A stretch of DNA of 12,630 bases from Candidatus Nanohalobium sp. (GCA_042216335.1 JBDGTY010000020.1:1-12630); one strand, 5' to 3'. Positions 1 to 7,338 are shown, numbered from the stretch's first letter. Notes: a model not told the origin generated them from the letters alone. Program-made: numbers and translations.

Positions 1-9
1 TCAAGGAAT

Positions 10-33
10 GAAAAATACTTTTAACTTTCAGAG
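10..33 (+). promoter_or_regulatory. Putative archaeal promoter of ileS (BRE-like GAAAAA plus TATA-like TTTTAA), probably leaderless
   Basis: GAAAAATACTTTTAACTTTCAGAG. TTTTAA at 19-24 lies 24-29 nt upstream of the ATG at 48, and no SD motif precedes the ATG. Confidence 0.6.
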
Positions 34-47
34 CCGTTCTTCGATTT

Positions 48-3000
48 ATGACTGAGTACGAACCGATCAAACTTGAAGACGAGATCTCAAACTTCTGGAA
101 AGAGAACAACGTTAAGGAACGCGTACGCGAATCTACGGAAGGTAATGAGCCTTTCTTCATGATTGATGGTCCTCCTTACCTGAACGGTTATCCTCACGTT
201 GGCCATATGCAGGGAAAGGTTTTGAAGGATGTGATGCTGCGTTTCAAGCAGATGCAGGGCTATGATGTCTGGGATCAGGCCGGTTTCGACTCTCACGGAC
301 TTCCTGTCGAGGTAGACACCGAGGAGAAGCTGGACATCCAGAACAAGAGCGATATCGGGGAGAAGATCTCCAAGGAGAAGTTCATCAGGGAATGCAAGGA
401 GAATGCGACCGCCAACTACGATATCTGGAAGGAAGTGAACGATGACTACGCTATCTGGCAGGACTTCGAGAACGCGTTCATAACTTACAAGCCGGACTAC
501 ATCGAGTCGGAGTGGTGGCTTGTCAAGAAAACATACGAGAAAGGATTAATCGAAAAGGCGGAGAAGCCGATGCACTGGTGCCCTCGCTGTGAAACAACGC
601 TTTCAGGCTACGAGGTAACAGATGAATATCAGGATGTTGAGGATCTTTCCGTCTACGTCAAGTTTCCGCTTGAAGGCCGGGAGGAGAAACTGGTTATCTG
701 GACCACTACTCCATGGACGATCCCAGCGAACATGGCAGTTTTCGTCAACCCGAAGTACCAGTACGCAGTTGTTGAAGCAGGTGGGGAAAAGCTGATCGTG
801 GCTGAGCAGCTTGTACCGGAAGTATTGGAACAAGCAGGTTATGAGGAAGACGAATACAGCATTGAAAGGACTCTTGTCGGTTCTGACCTGAAAGGCATGA
901 AATACGAGCACCCATTGATGGATGAAGTGCCGGAGCAAAAAGAACTCGATGAAGAAGACAATGTACATACTGTCCAGACCTCTGGAAGGCTTGTAGGCCT
1001 GGAGGACGGTACAGGGCTTGTCCACGCCGCTACAGGCCACGGACAGGAGGATTACGAGGCGGCTCGGCCTCTCGGACTGCCTGTCTTCTCGCCTGTCGAT
1101 GAGGACGGCAACTTCGATGAGAGAGGTGGAAAGTACGAGGGCAGAAACGTTCACGAAGTCAATCAGGATATAGCCGACGACCTTGAAGAAAAAGGATTAC
1201 TGCTGGCAAGCAACTGGTTCCAGCACGAGTACCCTCACTGCTGGAGATGTAAATCAAAACTTGTCCTGAGGGCCACGGAGCAGTGGTTCATCAGGAACGA
1301 GGAGACGAAGCAGATGATGCTTGAGGAGAACGAGGAAGTCAACTGGGTCCCGGATTCAGCCCAGCAACGTTTCCACAACTTCGTGGAAGATTCGCCTGAC
1401 TGGTGTATCTCCAGACAGAACTACTGGGGGGCACCACTCCCTATCTGGGTGAACGACGAGACAGGAGAGATAGAGGTCATCGGAAGCTTCAAAGAACTGG
1501 AAGAGAAATCCGGGGAAGAACTTCCTGAAGACTTCGATCCTCACCCACACGTTGTCGACGATATTAAGTGGGAGGGAGAGAACGGCGGAACATTCGAGCG
1601 CGTCCCGGACGTTATGGATGTCTGGATGGACTCGGGATGCGCCCCATTCGCCTCTATGCATTATCCTTTCGAGAACAAGGAGATGCTGGAGGACATGTGG
1701 CCGATGGACTTCATAACAGAAGGCTCGGACCAGATAAGAGGATGGTTCTATCACCTCATGTTCTGTGGGGTCCTCGGGTTCGAAGAGAAGCCTTACGATA
1801 CAATCCTTTTCCAGGGATTTGTTCTGGATGCTGAAGGAGAGAAGATGTCGAAGTCCCTCGGAAACGTCGTTGATCCTGCTGAGCAGAAGGAGAAGTTCGG
1901 CGCCGATCTCCCACGTTTCTACCAGTTGAGGCTGGCCCCCCCATGGGAGCAGAAGAACTACAACGAGGCCGAGATTGAGAACGAGATTTACAGACTTTTC
2001 TCGGTCTACTGGAACATCAAAGAATTCTACAAGAGCTACTGTCCGGAAGAGACAGAAAAGCCAGATGATTCAGAGCTACAGGTCGAGGACAGATGGATCC
2101 TTTCACGCCTCAACTCCATCCAGGGACAGGCTGAGGAAAGGATCGACAACGGCATGTTCCACAAGTACACGAGAAGCCTGGAGGATTTCATCCTTGAGGA
2201 CTTCTCACGTTGGTATGTCAAAAGGATCAGGCCTAGAGTCAAGAGAGGTGATGAGGCTGCCGAGTGGACGCTTGAACACACTCTGAAACAGATCAACCGT
2301 ATGCTGGCGCCTTTCACACCACACTTCACCGAGAAAGTCTACCAGGAGATAGATGGGGAAAACCTTTCCGTCCACATGGAGAAATATCCTGAGGAGGATG
2401 AAGAACTGGTCGATGAAGGCCTTGAGGAGTACATGGACTTGGCTCGGGAGATAGTCGAGAAGAGCTCCAGGATCAGGGACGAGAACCAGTACAACCTGAG
2501 GTGGCCAGCCAGGAGACTTGTGATCTCGACAGATAAAGAGGTTGAGGAAGAACTAGAGGATTTCAGGCAGTTGATCAAGGAGATGGCCAATGTCAAGAAA
2601 ATAGAGTTCGGCGACGTGGCATCGGAACTTCAGGCATCGCCTGACTACTCCAAACTCGGGCCAAAGTTCGGTGGGAACGCTGATGAAGTAGCCCAGAAGA
2701 TCGAAGAACTGGAACACGACCAGATAGAGGAACTGAAGGAAGTCGGCGAACTCGAACTGGAAGAATACCAGATAGAGGTCGAGGATGTCGAGATCTCAAG
2801 CAGCACTTCCGAGAATCTTGGAGGAAAAAGCTTTGAAAAAGGTCAGCTCTACCTGGACCTGCAGATGACCGAAGAAATCGAAGAAGAGGCATTCGTCTCC
2901 GAAGTTCTCCGTGAAATCCAGCAGATGCGGAAGGAAGCCGAGCTTGAGGTCGAGGACGAAGTTGAATTATCTTTCTCGGGCGATACAGAGCCTTTGGAAA

Positions 3001-3137
3001 GCCATGAGGATGAGATCCGTTCACGAGTGAATCTTGCCGGGCTGGACTTCAGTGATGAGGAACACGAGTACTCGGGCAGTGTGGAGTTCGAGGGAAGGAA
3101 AACCAGGTTCAGCTTCAGTGAACCAGTCAACCGGTAG
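48..3137 (+). CDS. ileS: Isoleucine--tRNA ligase, archaeal/eukaryote-like (type 2) C-terminus, 1029 aa
   Basis: DGPPYLNGYPHVGH (HIGH motif), KMSKS, CP1 editing motifs WTTTPWT and GTGLVH, Zn ligands CPRC and CWRC, DWCISRQ, EGSDQIRGWF, and C-terminal PDYSKLGPKFG and IQQMRK. Confidence 0.98.
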   Translation: MTEYEPIKLEDEISNFWKENNVKERVRESTEGNEPFFMIDGPPYLNGYPHVGHMQGKVLKDVMLRFKQMQGYDVWDQAGFDSHGLPVEVDTEEKLDIQNKSDIGEKISKEKFIRECKENATANYDIWKEVNDDYAIWQDFENAFITYKPDYIESEWWLVKKTYEKGLIEKAEKPMHWCPRCETTLSGYEVTDEYQDVEDLSVYVKFPLEGREEKLVIWTTTPWTIPANMAVFVNPKYQYAVVEAGGEKLIVAEQLVPEVLEQAGYEEDEYSIERTLVGSDLKGMKYEHPLMDEVPEQKELDEEDNVHTVQTSGRLVGLEDGTGLVHAATGHGQEDYEAARPLGLPVFSPVDEDGNFDERGGKYEGRNVHEVNQDIADDLEEKGLLLASNWFQHEYPHCWRCKSKLVLRATEQWFIRNEETKQMMLEENEEVNWVPDSAQQRFHNFVEDSPDWCISRQNYWGAPLPIWVNDETGEIEVIGSFKELEEKSGEELPEDFDPHPHVVDDIKWEGENGGTFERVPDVMDVWMDSGCAPFASMHYPFENKEMLEDMWPMDFITEGSDQIRGWFYHLMFCGVLGFEEKPYDTILFQGFVLDAEGEKMSKSLGNVVDPAEQKEKFGADLPRFYQLRLAPPWEQKNYNEAEIENEIYRLFSVYWNIKEFYKSYCPEETEKPDDSELQVEDRWILSRLNSIQGQAEERIDNGMFHKYTRSLEDFILEDFSRWYVKRIRPRVKRGDEAAEWTLEHTLKQINRMLAPFTPHFTEKVYQEIDGENLSVHMEKYPEEDEELVDEGLEEYMDLAREIVEKSSRIRDENQYNLRWPARRLVISTDKEVEEELEDFRQLIKEMANVKKIEFGDVASELQASPDYSKLGPKFGGNADEVAQKIEELEHDQIEELKEVGELELEEYQIEVEDVEISSSTSENLGGKSFEKGQLYLDLQMTEEIEEEAFVSEVLREIQQMRKEAELEVEDEVELSFSGDTEPLESHEDEIRSRVNLAGLDFSDEEHEYSGSVEFEGRKTRFSFSEPVNR

Positions 3138-3180
3138 GTATCAGGGAGCATTAAATCCTTTGAGTTTTGAGTGATTGATT

Positions 3181-4287
3181 ATGCAACTGGAAAAACTGGA
3201 GCCAGCGGTAGAGTTCCTGGAAAACACGGAGAAAAACGAAGAAATCGGCATCATCCACCACTGGGATATGGACGGGACCGCATCTTCGGTCATCATATCA
3301 AAGATCCTTGAGAAGGTCAGAGGTGAGCCCGCGGAATGGGTATCGATACCGGAGGAGAGGGCCTACCACCTTTCCGAGAAGGATCATGAGAAGATAGAGG
3401 ACCTGGACAAGCTGATAATCCTTGACTTCAACTTGGAGGCGGAAGAACTCGAGGAGCTTCTGGAAAACTACGATAATGAAATCCTCTTGGTCGACCACCA
3501 CAGCTTTGGCAGAAAGCCGGAAGGAGTTTCTTTCGTCAACCCAAGAGAGTTCGACGCGGACGTCTACGTTCCCTGCAGCAAGATATGCCTCGACATCTCG
3601 GAGGAATTCGGGTTGACGGATGAGCTGCGGTGGATCGCTGGCATGGGAGTTATCCAGGACTTTGGGGTCGATTCCTGCCCGGAACTGTTCGAGAACCTGG
3701 AGGAGAAATACGACAAGTACCTTCCGGAGGAGCTTACCCAGCAACAGCTCGCCAAGAACTGTGAGTACGGCAGATACTCCTCTATACTCAACATCAAGCC
3801 GTACAGGGATAGCCAGCACTTCGCCAAGCTCGCATACCGTGCCCTGATGAATTCAGAGGACCTGATGGAGATAGAAGCACAGGAAGAGTACCGCCAGGTC
3901 TACGAAGTCTACCTGGAGATGCAGGACGAGTTCAACGAAGTGCTGGAGAACTACGAGGAGGAGAGGGAAGTCGACAGGGAGAAATGCGTCATCTTCTTCG
4001 AACTTGACAGCGACTTCAACATCAACTCTTCCATCGCAACAAACATGTCCACCAAGACACCGGAATGGATCCATCTTGTAGTCCAGAAAGACGAGGACGA
4101 GGTAAACATCTCCGGGCGTTGCCAGAGCGGAAGAGTGGATCTAGGAGACCTACTTCAGAAGGCACTGCCGGAGAAAGCAGTTGAAGAAGGTGCAGAGGCC
4201 GGTGGCCACAGGAAGGCAGCTGGTGCATCGATGCATCCGGACTACTACCCCGAGTTCAAGTCCAACTTCCTTAAGCTGGTGGAGTAA
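3181..4287 (+). CDS. DHH-family phosphoesterase with DHHA1 domain (RecJ/GAN/NrnA-like), about 368 aa
   Basis: Motifs HHWDMDG, IILD, LVDHH, NP, GVIQD, ISGR and GGHRKAAG. I chose the ATG at 3181, which is preceded by GAGTGA and has ATTAAA about 30 nt upstream. The substrate cannot be assigned from sequence. Confidence 0.9.
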   Translation: MQLEKLEPAVEFLENTEKNEEIGIIHHWDMDGTASSVIISKILEKVRGEPAEWVSIPEERAYHLSEKDHEKIEDLDKLIILDFNLEAEELEELLENYDNEILLVDHHSFGRKPEGVSFVNPREFDADVYVPCSKICLDISEEFGLTDELRWIAGMGVIQDFGVDSCPELFENLEEKYDKYLPEELTQQQLAKNCEYGRYSSILNIKPYRDSQHFAKLAYRALMNSEDLMEIEAQEEYRQVYEVYLEMQDEFNEVLENYEEEREVDREKCVIFFELDSDFNINSSIATNMSTKTPEWIHLVVQKDEDEVNISGRCQSGRVDLGDLLQKALPEKAVEEGAEAGGHRKAAGASMHPDYYPEFKSNFLKLVE

Positions 4288-4320
4288 AAACACCTCTTCC
4301 CTTCTCCAGTCTTCCAAAGA

Positions 4321-4356
4321 TTCAAAAGCTACAGGTACTACATGTTGTACATGTCT
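4321..4356 (+). promoter_or_regulatory. Putative TA promoter and autoregulatory operator: three TACA(G/T)GT units at 9-bp period
   Basis: TTCAAAAG at 4321-4328, then TACAGGT 4330-4336, TACATGT 4339-4345 and TACATGT 4348-4354, the last overlapping the ATG at 4351. Confidence 0.6.
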
Positions 4357-4572
4357 AAAACTATCCGTGGTATTGATGATGAGGTCTTCCGTGAGTTCAA
4401 GGCCGAGGCCCAGAAGGAAGGTAAGACTGTCGGTGACGCAGTTAATGAGGCTATGTTGAACTGGCTGAGCAGGTCTGGAGGAGAGGGCTCTCTGGATGAT
4501 ATGAATGCCTTTGACTGGGGTGAAGACTCTGAGAAGCTAAGTACGAAGTTTGAGGAAGAGCTTTATGGCTAA
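4351..4572 (+). CDS. vapB: Ribbon-helix-helix antitoxin (VapB-like), 73 aa
   Basis: The N-terminus SKTIRGIDDEVFREFKAEAQKEGKTVGDAVNEAMLNWL fits a strand-helix-helix pattern. The tail is acidic, and the gene overlaps the downstream PIN gene by 8 nt. An alternative ATG lies at 4342. Confidence 0.8.
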   Translation: MSKTIRGIDDEVFREFKAEAQKEGKTVGDAVNEAMLNWLSRSGGEGSLDDMNAFDWGEDSEKLSTKFEEELYG

Positions 4573-4939
4573 ACTGCTTGATACAAGTTTCTTGATCGCC
4601 TACCACAACGAAGACGATGAGTTTCACGAAAGAGCAAGAGAGCTCGAGATAGATGATGAGAAAGTAATAAACGACTATATCTTTACCGAAGTTCTGAACA
4701 TCCTATACTCAAGAAGAGGCAAACAAAAAGCAGTGGAGTACAGCAAATTTCTGGAGAAAAGAACGAAGAGAATCATGGTTTCAGAACCGATATTCAGAAA
4801 AGCAGCCAGAAACTTCCAAGAAAAAGACCTCAGTTTCACCGATGCATCTATAGCTGCCACCGCACAGAAACTGGACATGGAGATAGTATCATTCGATGAA
4901 GACTTCGACCAGTTCGAAGAAATAAATAGAATTCACTGA
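4565..4939 (+). CDS. vapC: PIN-domain ribonuclease toxin (VapC family), 124 aa
   Basis: LLDTSFLIA, TEVLN, LSFTDAS and VSFDEDFD carry the PIN acidic catalytic residues. The ATG at 4565 overlaps the antitoxin 3' end. Confidence 0.92.
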   Translation: MAKLLDTSFLIAYHNEDDEFHERARELEIDDEKVINDYIFTEVLNILYSRRGKQKAVEYSKFLEKRTKRIMVSEPIFRKAARNFQEKDLSFTDASIAATAQKLDMEIVSFDEDFDQFEEINRIH

Positions 4940-5010
4940 AAACGAAGCTTCATCAATCCCCTGACGCTTCTTGAACCACTCTTTCTTGACAGCAAGATGA
5001 GGAGATGGAC

Positions 5011-5023
5011 AAACTGTTTAAAG
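5011..5023 (+). promoter_or_regulatory. TATA-like box of the C2H2 micro-protein gene
   Basis: AAACTGTTTAAAG, with TTTAAA at 5017-5022, 26-31 nt upstream of the ATG at 5048. Confidence 0.55.
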
Positions 5024-5047
5024 CAGGTGTTCCAATATTAACGTGTT

Positions 5048-5263
5048 ATGGGACGAGAAGCAGCTGAAAAACAGAAGCAGAAAGCGAAGGACATGCTCGG
5101 TATCTCAGACGACCGTGCACAGGAGATATTCCAGGAACAACCTGACAGGAAACAGCAGAAAAAGCAGGAATTGAAGGATAAGGATGGACTGGTCTGCCCT
5201 GACTGCGGAGACGAGTTCAGCTCGGAGAAAGTGCTGAATGCCCACAGAGAGGACGCTCACTGA
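5048..5263 (+). CDS. Small protein with a single C-terminal C2H2 zinc finger, 71 aa
   Basis: CPDC-GDE-F-SSEKV-L-NA-H-REDA-H matches C-x2-C-x3-F-x5-L-x2-H-x4-H. The gene has its own TATA-like box and a downstream T-tract. Confidence 0.85.
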   Translation: MGREAAEKQKQKAKDMLGISDDRAQEIFQEQPDRKQQKKQELKDKDGLVCPDCGDEFSSEKVLNAHREDAH

Positions 5264-5275
5264 GACATGACACTC

Positions 5276-5289
5276 AAAAGACCTTTTTT
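5276..5289 (+). terminator. Putative T-tract terminator of the C2H2 gene
   Basis: AAAAGACCTTTTTT, with T6 at 5284-5289, about 20 nt after the stop codon. Confidence 0.45.
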
Positions 5290-5293
5290 GGAT

Positions 5294-5395
5294 CTATCCG
5301 ATGGAATCCCCAACACGTTTTTTCCATCTATTTTCCAGCTTCTCTACAGTTATCTCGTAAACTTTGTACTGAATGCCTTCATCTATCTTCTCCAC
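5294..5395 (-). other. 33-codon ORF, in frame with and 6 nt after the cysS stop (gene remnant, micro-protein or readthrough tail)
   Basis: GTG at 5395-5393 to TAG at 5296-5294 encodes (M)EKIDEGIQYKVYEITVEKLENRWKKRVGDSIG, with coding-like GAG/AAG/GAA content. It is below the ORF-track length cut-off. Confidence 0.35.
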
Positions 5396-5401
5396 GGAGA
5401 A

Positions 5402-6838
5402 TCACTTCAACCATACGGCCCCCTCTTCCGTATCCTCCACCCTGAAGCCGAGTTCTCCAAGCCGTTCGCGGATCAGATCAGCAGTTTCATAGTCGGCTTC
5501 CTCCCTGGCGTCTTCGCGCATCTCCAGAAGCAGGTCAGCCATCTCCGATTCCTCCTCCGAAACCTCGGGCTCCAGATCAACGCCGAGAACAGAGAAGAGT
5601 TCCTCTAAAGTTTCCGCAACTTCAACGTCGAGCCTCACTCCAGACTCAAGCTCCGAGTTAGCACGGGAAACGAACTCCATCAAATCCTGCTTGGCCTTAG
5701 CAGTGTTCAGATCATCGTCCATGTGCTCCTTGAAGCTCTTCTCTAGAGACTCGATATCCATGATTTCCTCTCCAGGATTCTTTCTGATCCTCTGGACAAC
5801 TCTTCGAGCTTTTTCCAGCTCCTTCTCCGCCTTCTCCAGTCCTTCACGGGAGAAATCGGTCTCCGTCCTGTAATGCGAAGACACAAGGTAGAGACGAATC
5901 ACATCTCCTGAGAAATCATCCAGCAACTCCCTGACAGTATAGAAGTTACCCTCAGACTTCGACATCTTCTCTCCCTCAACCTGGATGAACTCGTTGTGCA
6001 GCCAGTAACGCGCCTGGCCCTCGCCTGTCGCTGCGAAGCACTGCGCCCGCTCGTTCGGATGGTGTGGGAAGATATGGTCTTTTCCACCGGCGTGGACGTC
6101 GAACTCGTCGCCCAGATACTTCTGGCCCATAACCGAGCATTCAAGATGCCAGCCAGGATAACCAGTTGATTCGATTATTTCGTTTTCTACTTCGAATTTG
6201 GCAGCCCATTCCATTAGATGGCCGGTTCCTTCAGAGTTTAACCAGAGAGCAAAGTCGTACTGGTTCTTCTTTTTATCGTCTTCCTCCACACGGCTCTCGG
6301 CCTCCTCCTTCAGCTGCTCCAGGTCCTTGTTCGCCATCTCGCCATACGGATAGTCTTTAGCAAACTTCTCCACGTCGAAGTAAATGTTGCCACCGACCTC
6401 GTATGCGTATCCATTGTCGATTATATCCTGAACGTAGTTGATCATCTCATTGATGTGGCCCGTGGCTCTTGGAACGATATCCTGACGCTGAATATTCAAA
6501 GCCTTTGTATCCTCAAAGTATCTTTCGATCTGATCCTCAACCAGTTCCATCGGCTCCATACCCATCTCCTTCGCTCGTTTCTCGACCTTGTCCTCTCCCT
6601 GGTCGCCGTCATCGGTTAAATGGCCGACATCCGTGATGTTCTGGACATGTCTGACGCTATAGCCCTTGTATCTGAGGTATCTTGTCAATGTGTCCCATGC
6701 GACGTACGCCCGAGCGTTCCCGATGTGGAGGTCATCGTAGATCGTCTGACCACAGCTGTAGAACTTCACCTTTCCCTCTTCCTCAGGTTTAAACTCTTCC
6801 TTCTCCCGGGTCAATGTGTTGAACAGTTTCAGTGTCAT
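5402..6838 (-). CDS. cysS: Cysteine--tRNA ligase, 478 aa
   Basis: LFNTLTREKE, YSCGQTIYDDLHIGNAR (HIGH variant), NITDVGHL, PRAT, DFALW, PGWHLECS, FPHHPNE (Zn ligands), KMSKS, MDDDLNT and ADLIRERL. Confidence 0.98.
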   Translation of the reverse strand: MTLKLFNTLTREKEEFKPEEEGKVKFYSCGQTIYDDLHIGNARAYVAWDTLTRYLRYKGYSVRHVQNITDVGHLTDDGDQGEDKVEKRAKEMGMEPMELVEDQIERYFEDTKALNIQRQDIVPRATGHINEMINYVQDIIDNGYAYEVGGNIYFDVEKFAKDYPYGEMANKDLEQLKEEAESRVEEDDKKKNQYDFALWLNSEGTGHLMEWAAKFEVENEIIESTGYPGWHLECSVMGQKYLGDEFDVHAGGKDHIFPHHPNERAQCFAATGEGQARYWLHNEFIQVEGEKMSKSEGNFYTVRELLDDFSGDVIRLYLVSSHYRTETDFSREGLEKAEKELEKARRVVQRIRKNPGEEIMDIESLEKSFKEHMDDDLNTAKAKQDLMEFVSRANSELESGVRLDVEVAETLEELFSVLGVDLEPEVSEEESEMADLLLEMREDAREEADYETADLIRERLGELGFRVEDTEEGAVWLK

Positions 6839-6871
6839 AGATAGATCAGCTGCGGTTAATACTGGATAAGT

Positions 6872-6891
6872 CTGTGAAAGTTAAAAGATTT
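6872..6891 (-). promoter_or_regulatory. Putative cysS promoter element, nearly identical to the ileS upstream element
   Basis: The minus strand reads AAATCTTTTAACTTTCACAG. CTTTTAACTTTCA at 6887-6875 is identical to positions 18-30. Confidence 0.55.
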
Positions 6892-6897
6892 CCAGAA

Positions 6898-7338
6898 TCA
6901 GAACGGTGCCTTCTCTATCCTCTCTATCAGTTTTCGGACTTCCTCTCTATTTTCAACCTTCTTAGAGGATTCTTCTCCCAGTCTCTCCTCAACTTTGGAA
7001 GGTTCAATCCAGTCGATCTCAACCAGATCATCTCCTGCCTCTGCATCTTTGGTGTTTGCTTCACAGTGGTAAAGTATCTGTACCGGGGCCGCATCCGAAC
7101 TTCTCCACGTATTGGTTGTCGCATCCACTATCTGGTGAATCTCTACATCCAGCCCAGTTTCTTCTTTTATCTCTCTTTTGACGGCTTCTTCCGGCTCCTC
7201 CCCCTTATCTATGTGGCCACCAGGGAAGTGCCATTCTCCGCTGATTGGATGGCCTTCTTTCTCTTCTTTCTTCCCGAGCAGGATTTTTCCTCTGTAGGTT
7301 GTTATTGCGTTGACCACTACCCTGAATTCTTCAGCCAT
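6898..7338 (-). CDS. Nudix (MutT-like) hydrolase, 146 aa
   Basis: Intact Nudix box G-HIDKG-E-EPEEAVK-REIKEETGL preceded by WHFPG. I chose the ATG at 7338 because it fits the TATA spacing; an alternative ATG lies at 7359. Confidence 0.93.
   Translation of the reverse strand: MAEEFRVVVNAITTYRGKILLGKKEEKEGHPISGEWHFPGGHIDKGEEPEEAVKREIKEETGLDVEIHQIVDATTNTWRSSDAAPVQILYHCEANTKDAEAGDDLVEIDWIEPSKVEERLGEESSKKVENREEVRKLIERIEKAPF

Noticed and set aside
1440..1605. IleRS lacks the second (CP2) Cys cluster: PIWVNDETG and WEGENGG where CxxC pairs are common
   Set aside because: Loss of this Zn site is a known variation among IleRS enzymes and is not distinctive.
87..4228. Many 60-180 aa antisense or alternate-frame ORFs over ileS and the DHH gene (and likewise over cysS, ribC, dinB and aCPSF1)
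   Set aside because: Shadow ORFs. Their Ser/Leu/Phe-rich sequences mirror the Glu/Lys codons of the real genes, and they show no motifs.
4940..5010. Minus-strand stretch reading LAVKKEWFKKRQGIDE that looks like a gene remnant
   Set aside because: It has no start codon or recognisable family and is too short to support.
4301..5394. 8-bp direct repeat CTTCTCCA (4301-4308 and 5387-5394) flanking the TA/zinc-finger patch, as a possible target-site duplication
   Set aside because: The word is common here (for example at 5831), and there is no transposase, integrase or terminal inverted repeat.
5388..5404. Selenocysteine recoding (SECIS) at the cysS UGA
   Set aside because: The hairpin is far too small, archaeal SECIS elements lie in UTRs with a different structure, the position is not catalytic, and TGA is an ordinary stop in four other genes here.
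5267..5608. 113-aa plus-strand hydrophobic ORF
   Set aside because: It overlaps the cysS 3' end in antisense, and its composition is that of a reverse-complemented acidic coding sequence.
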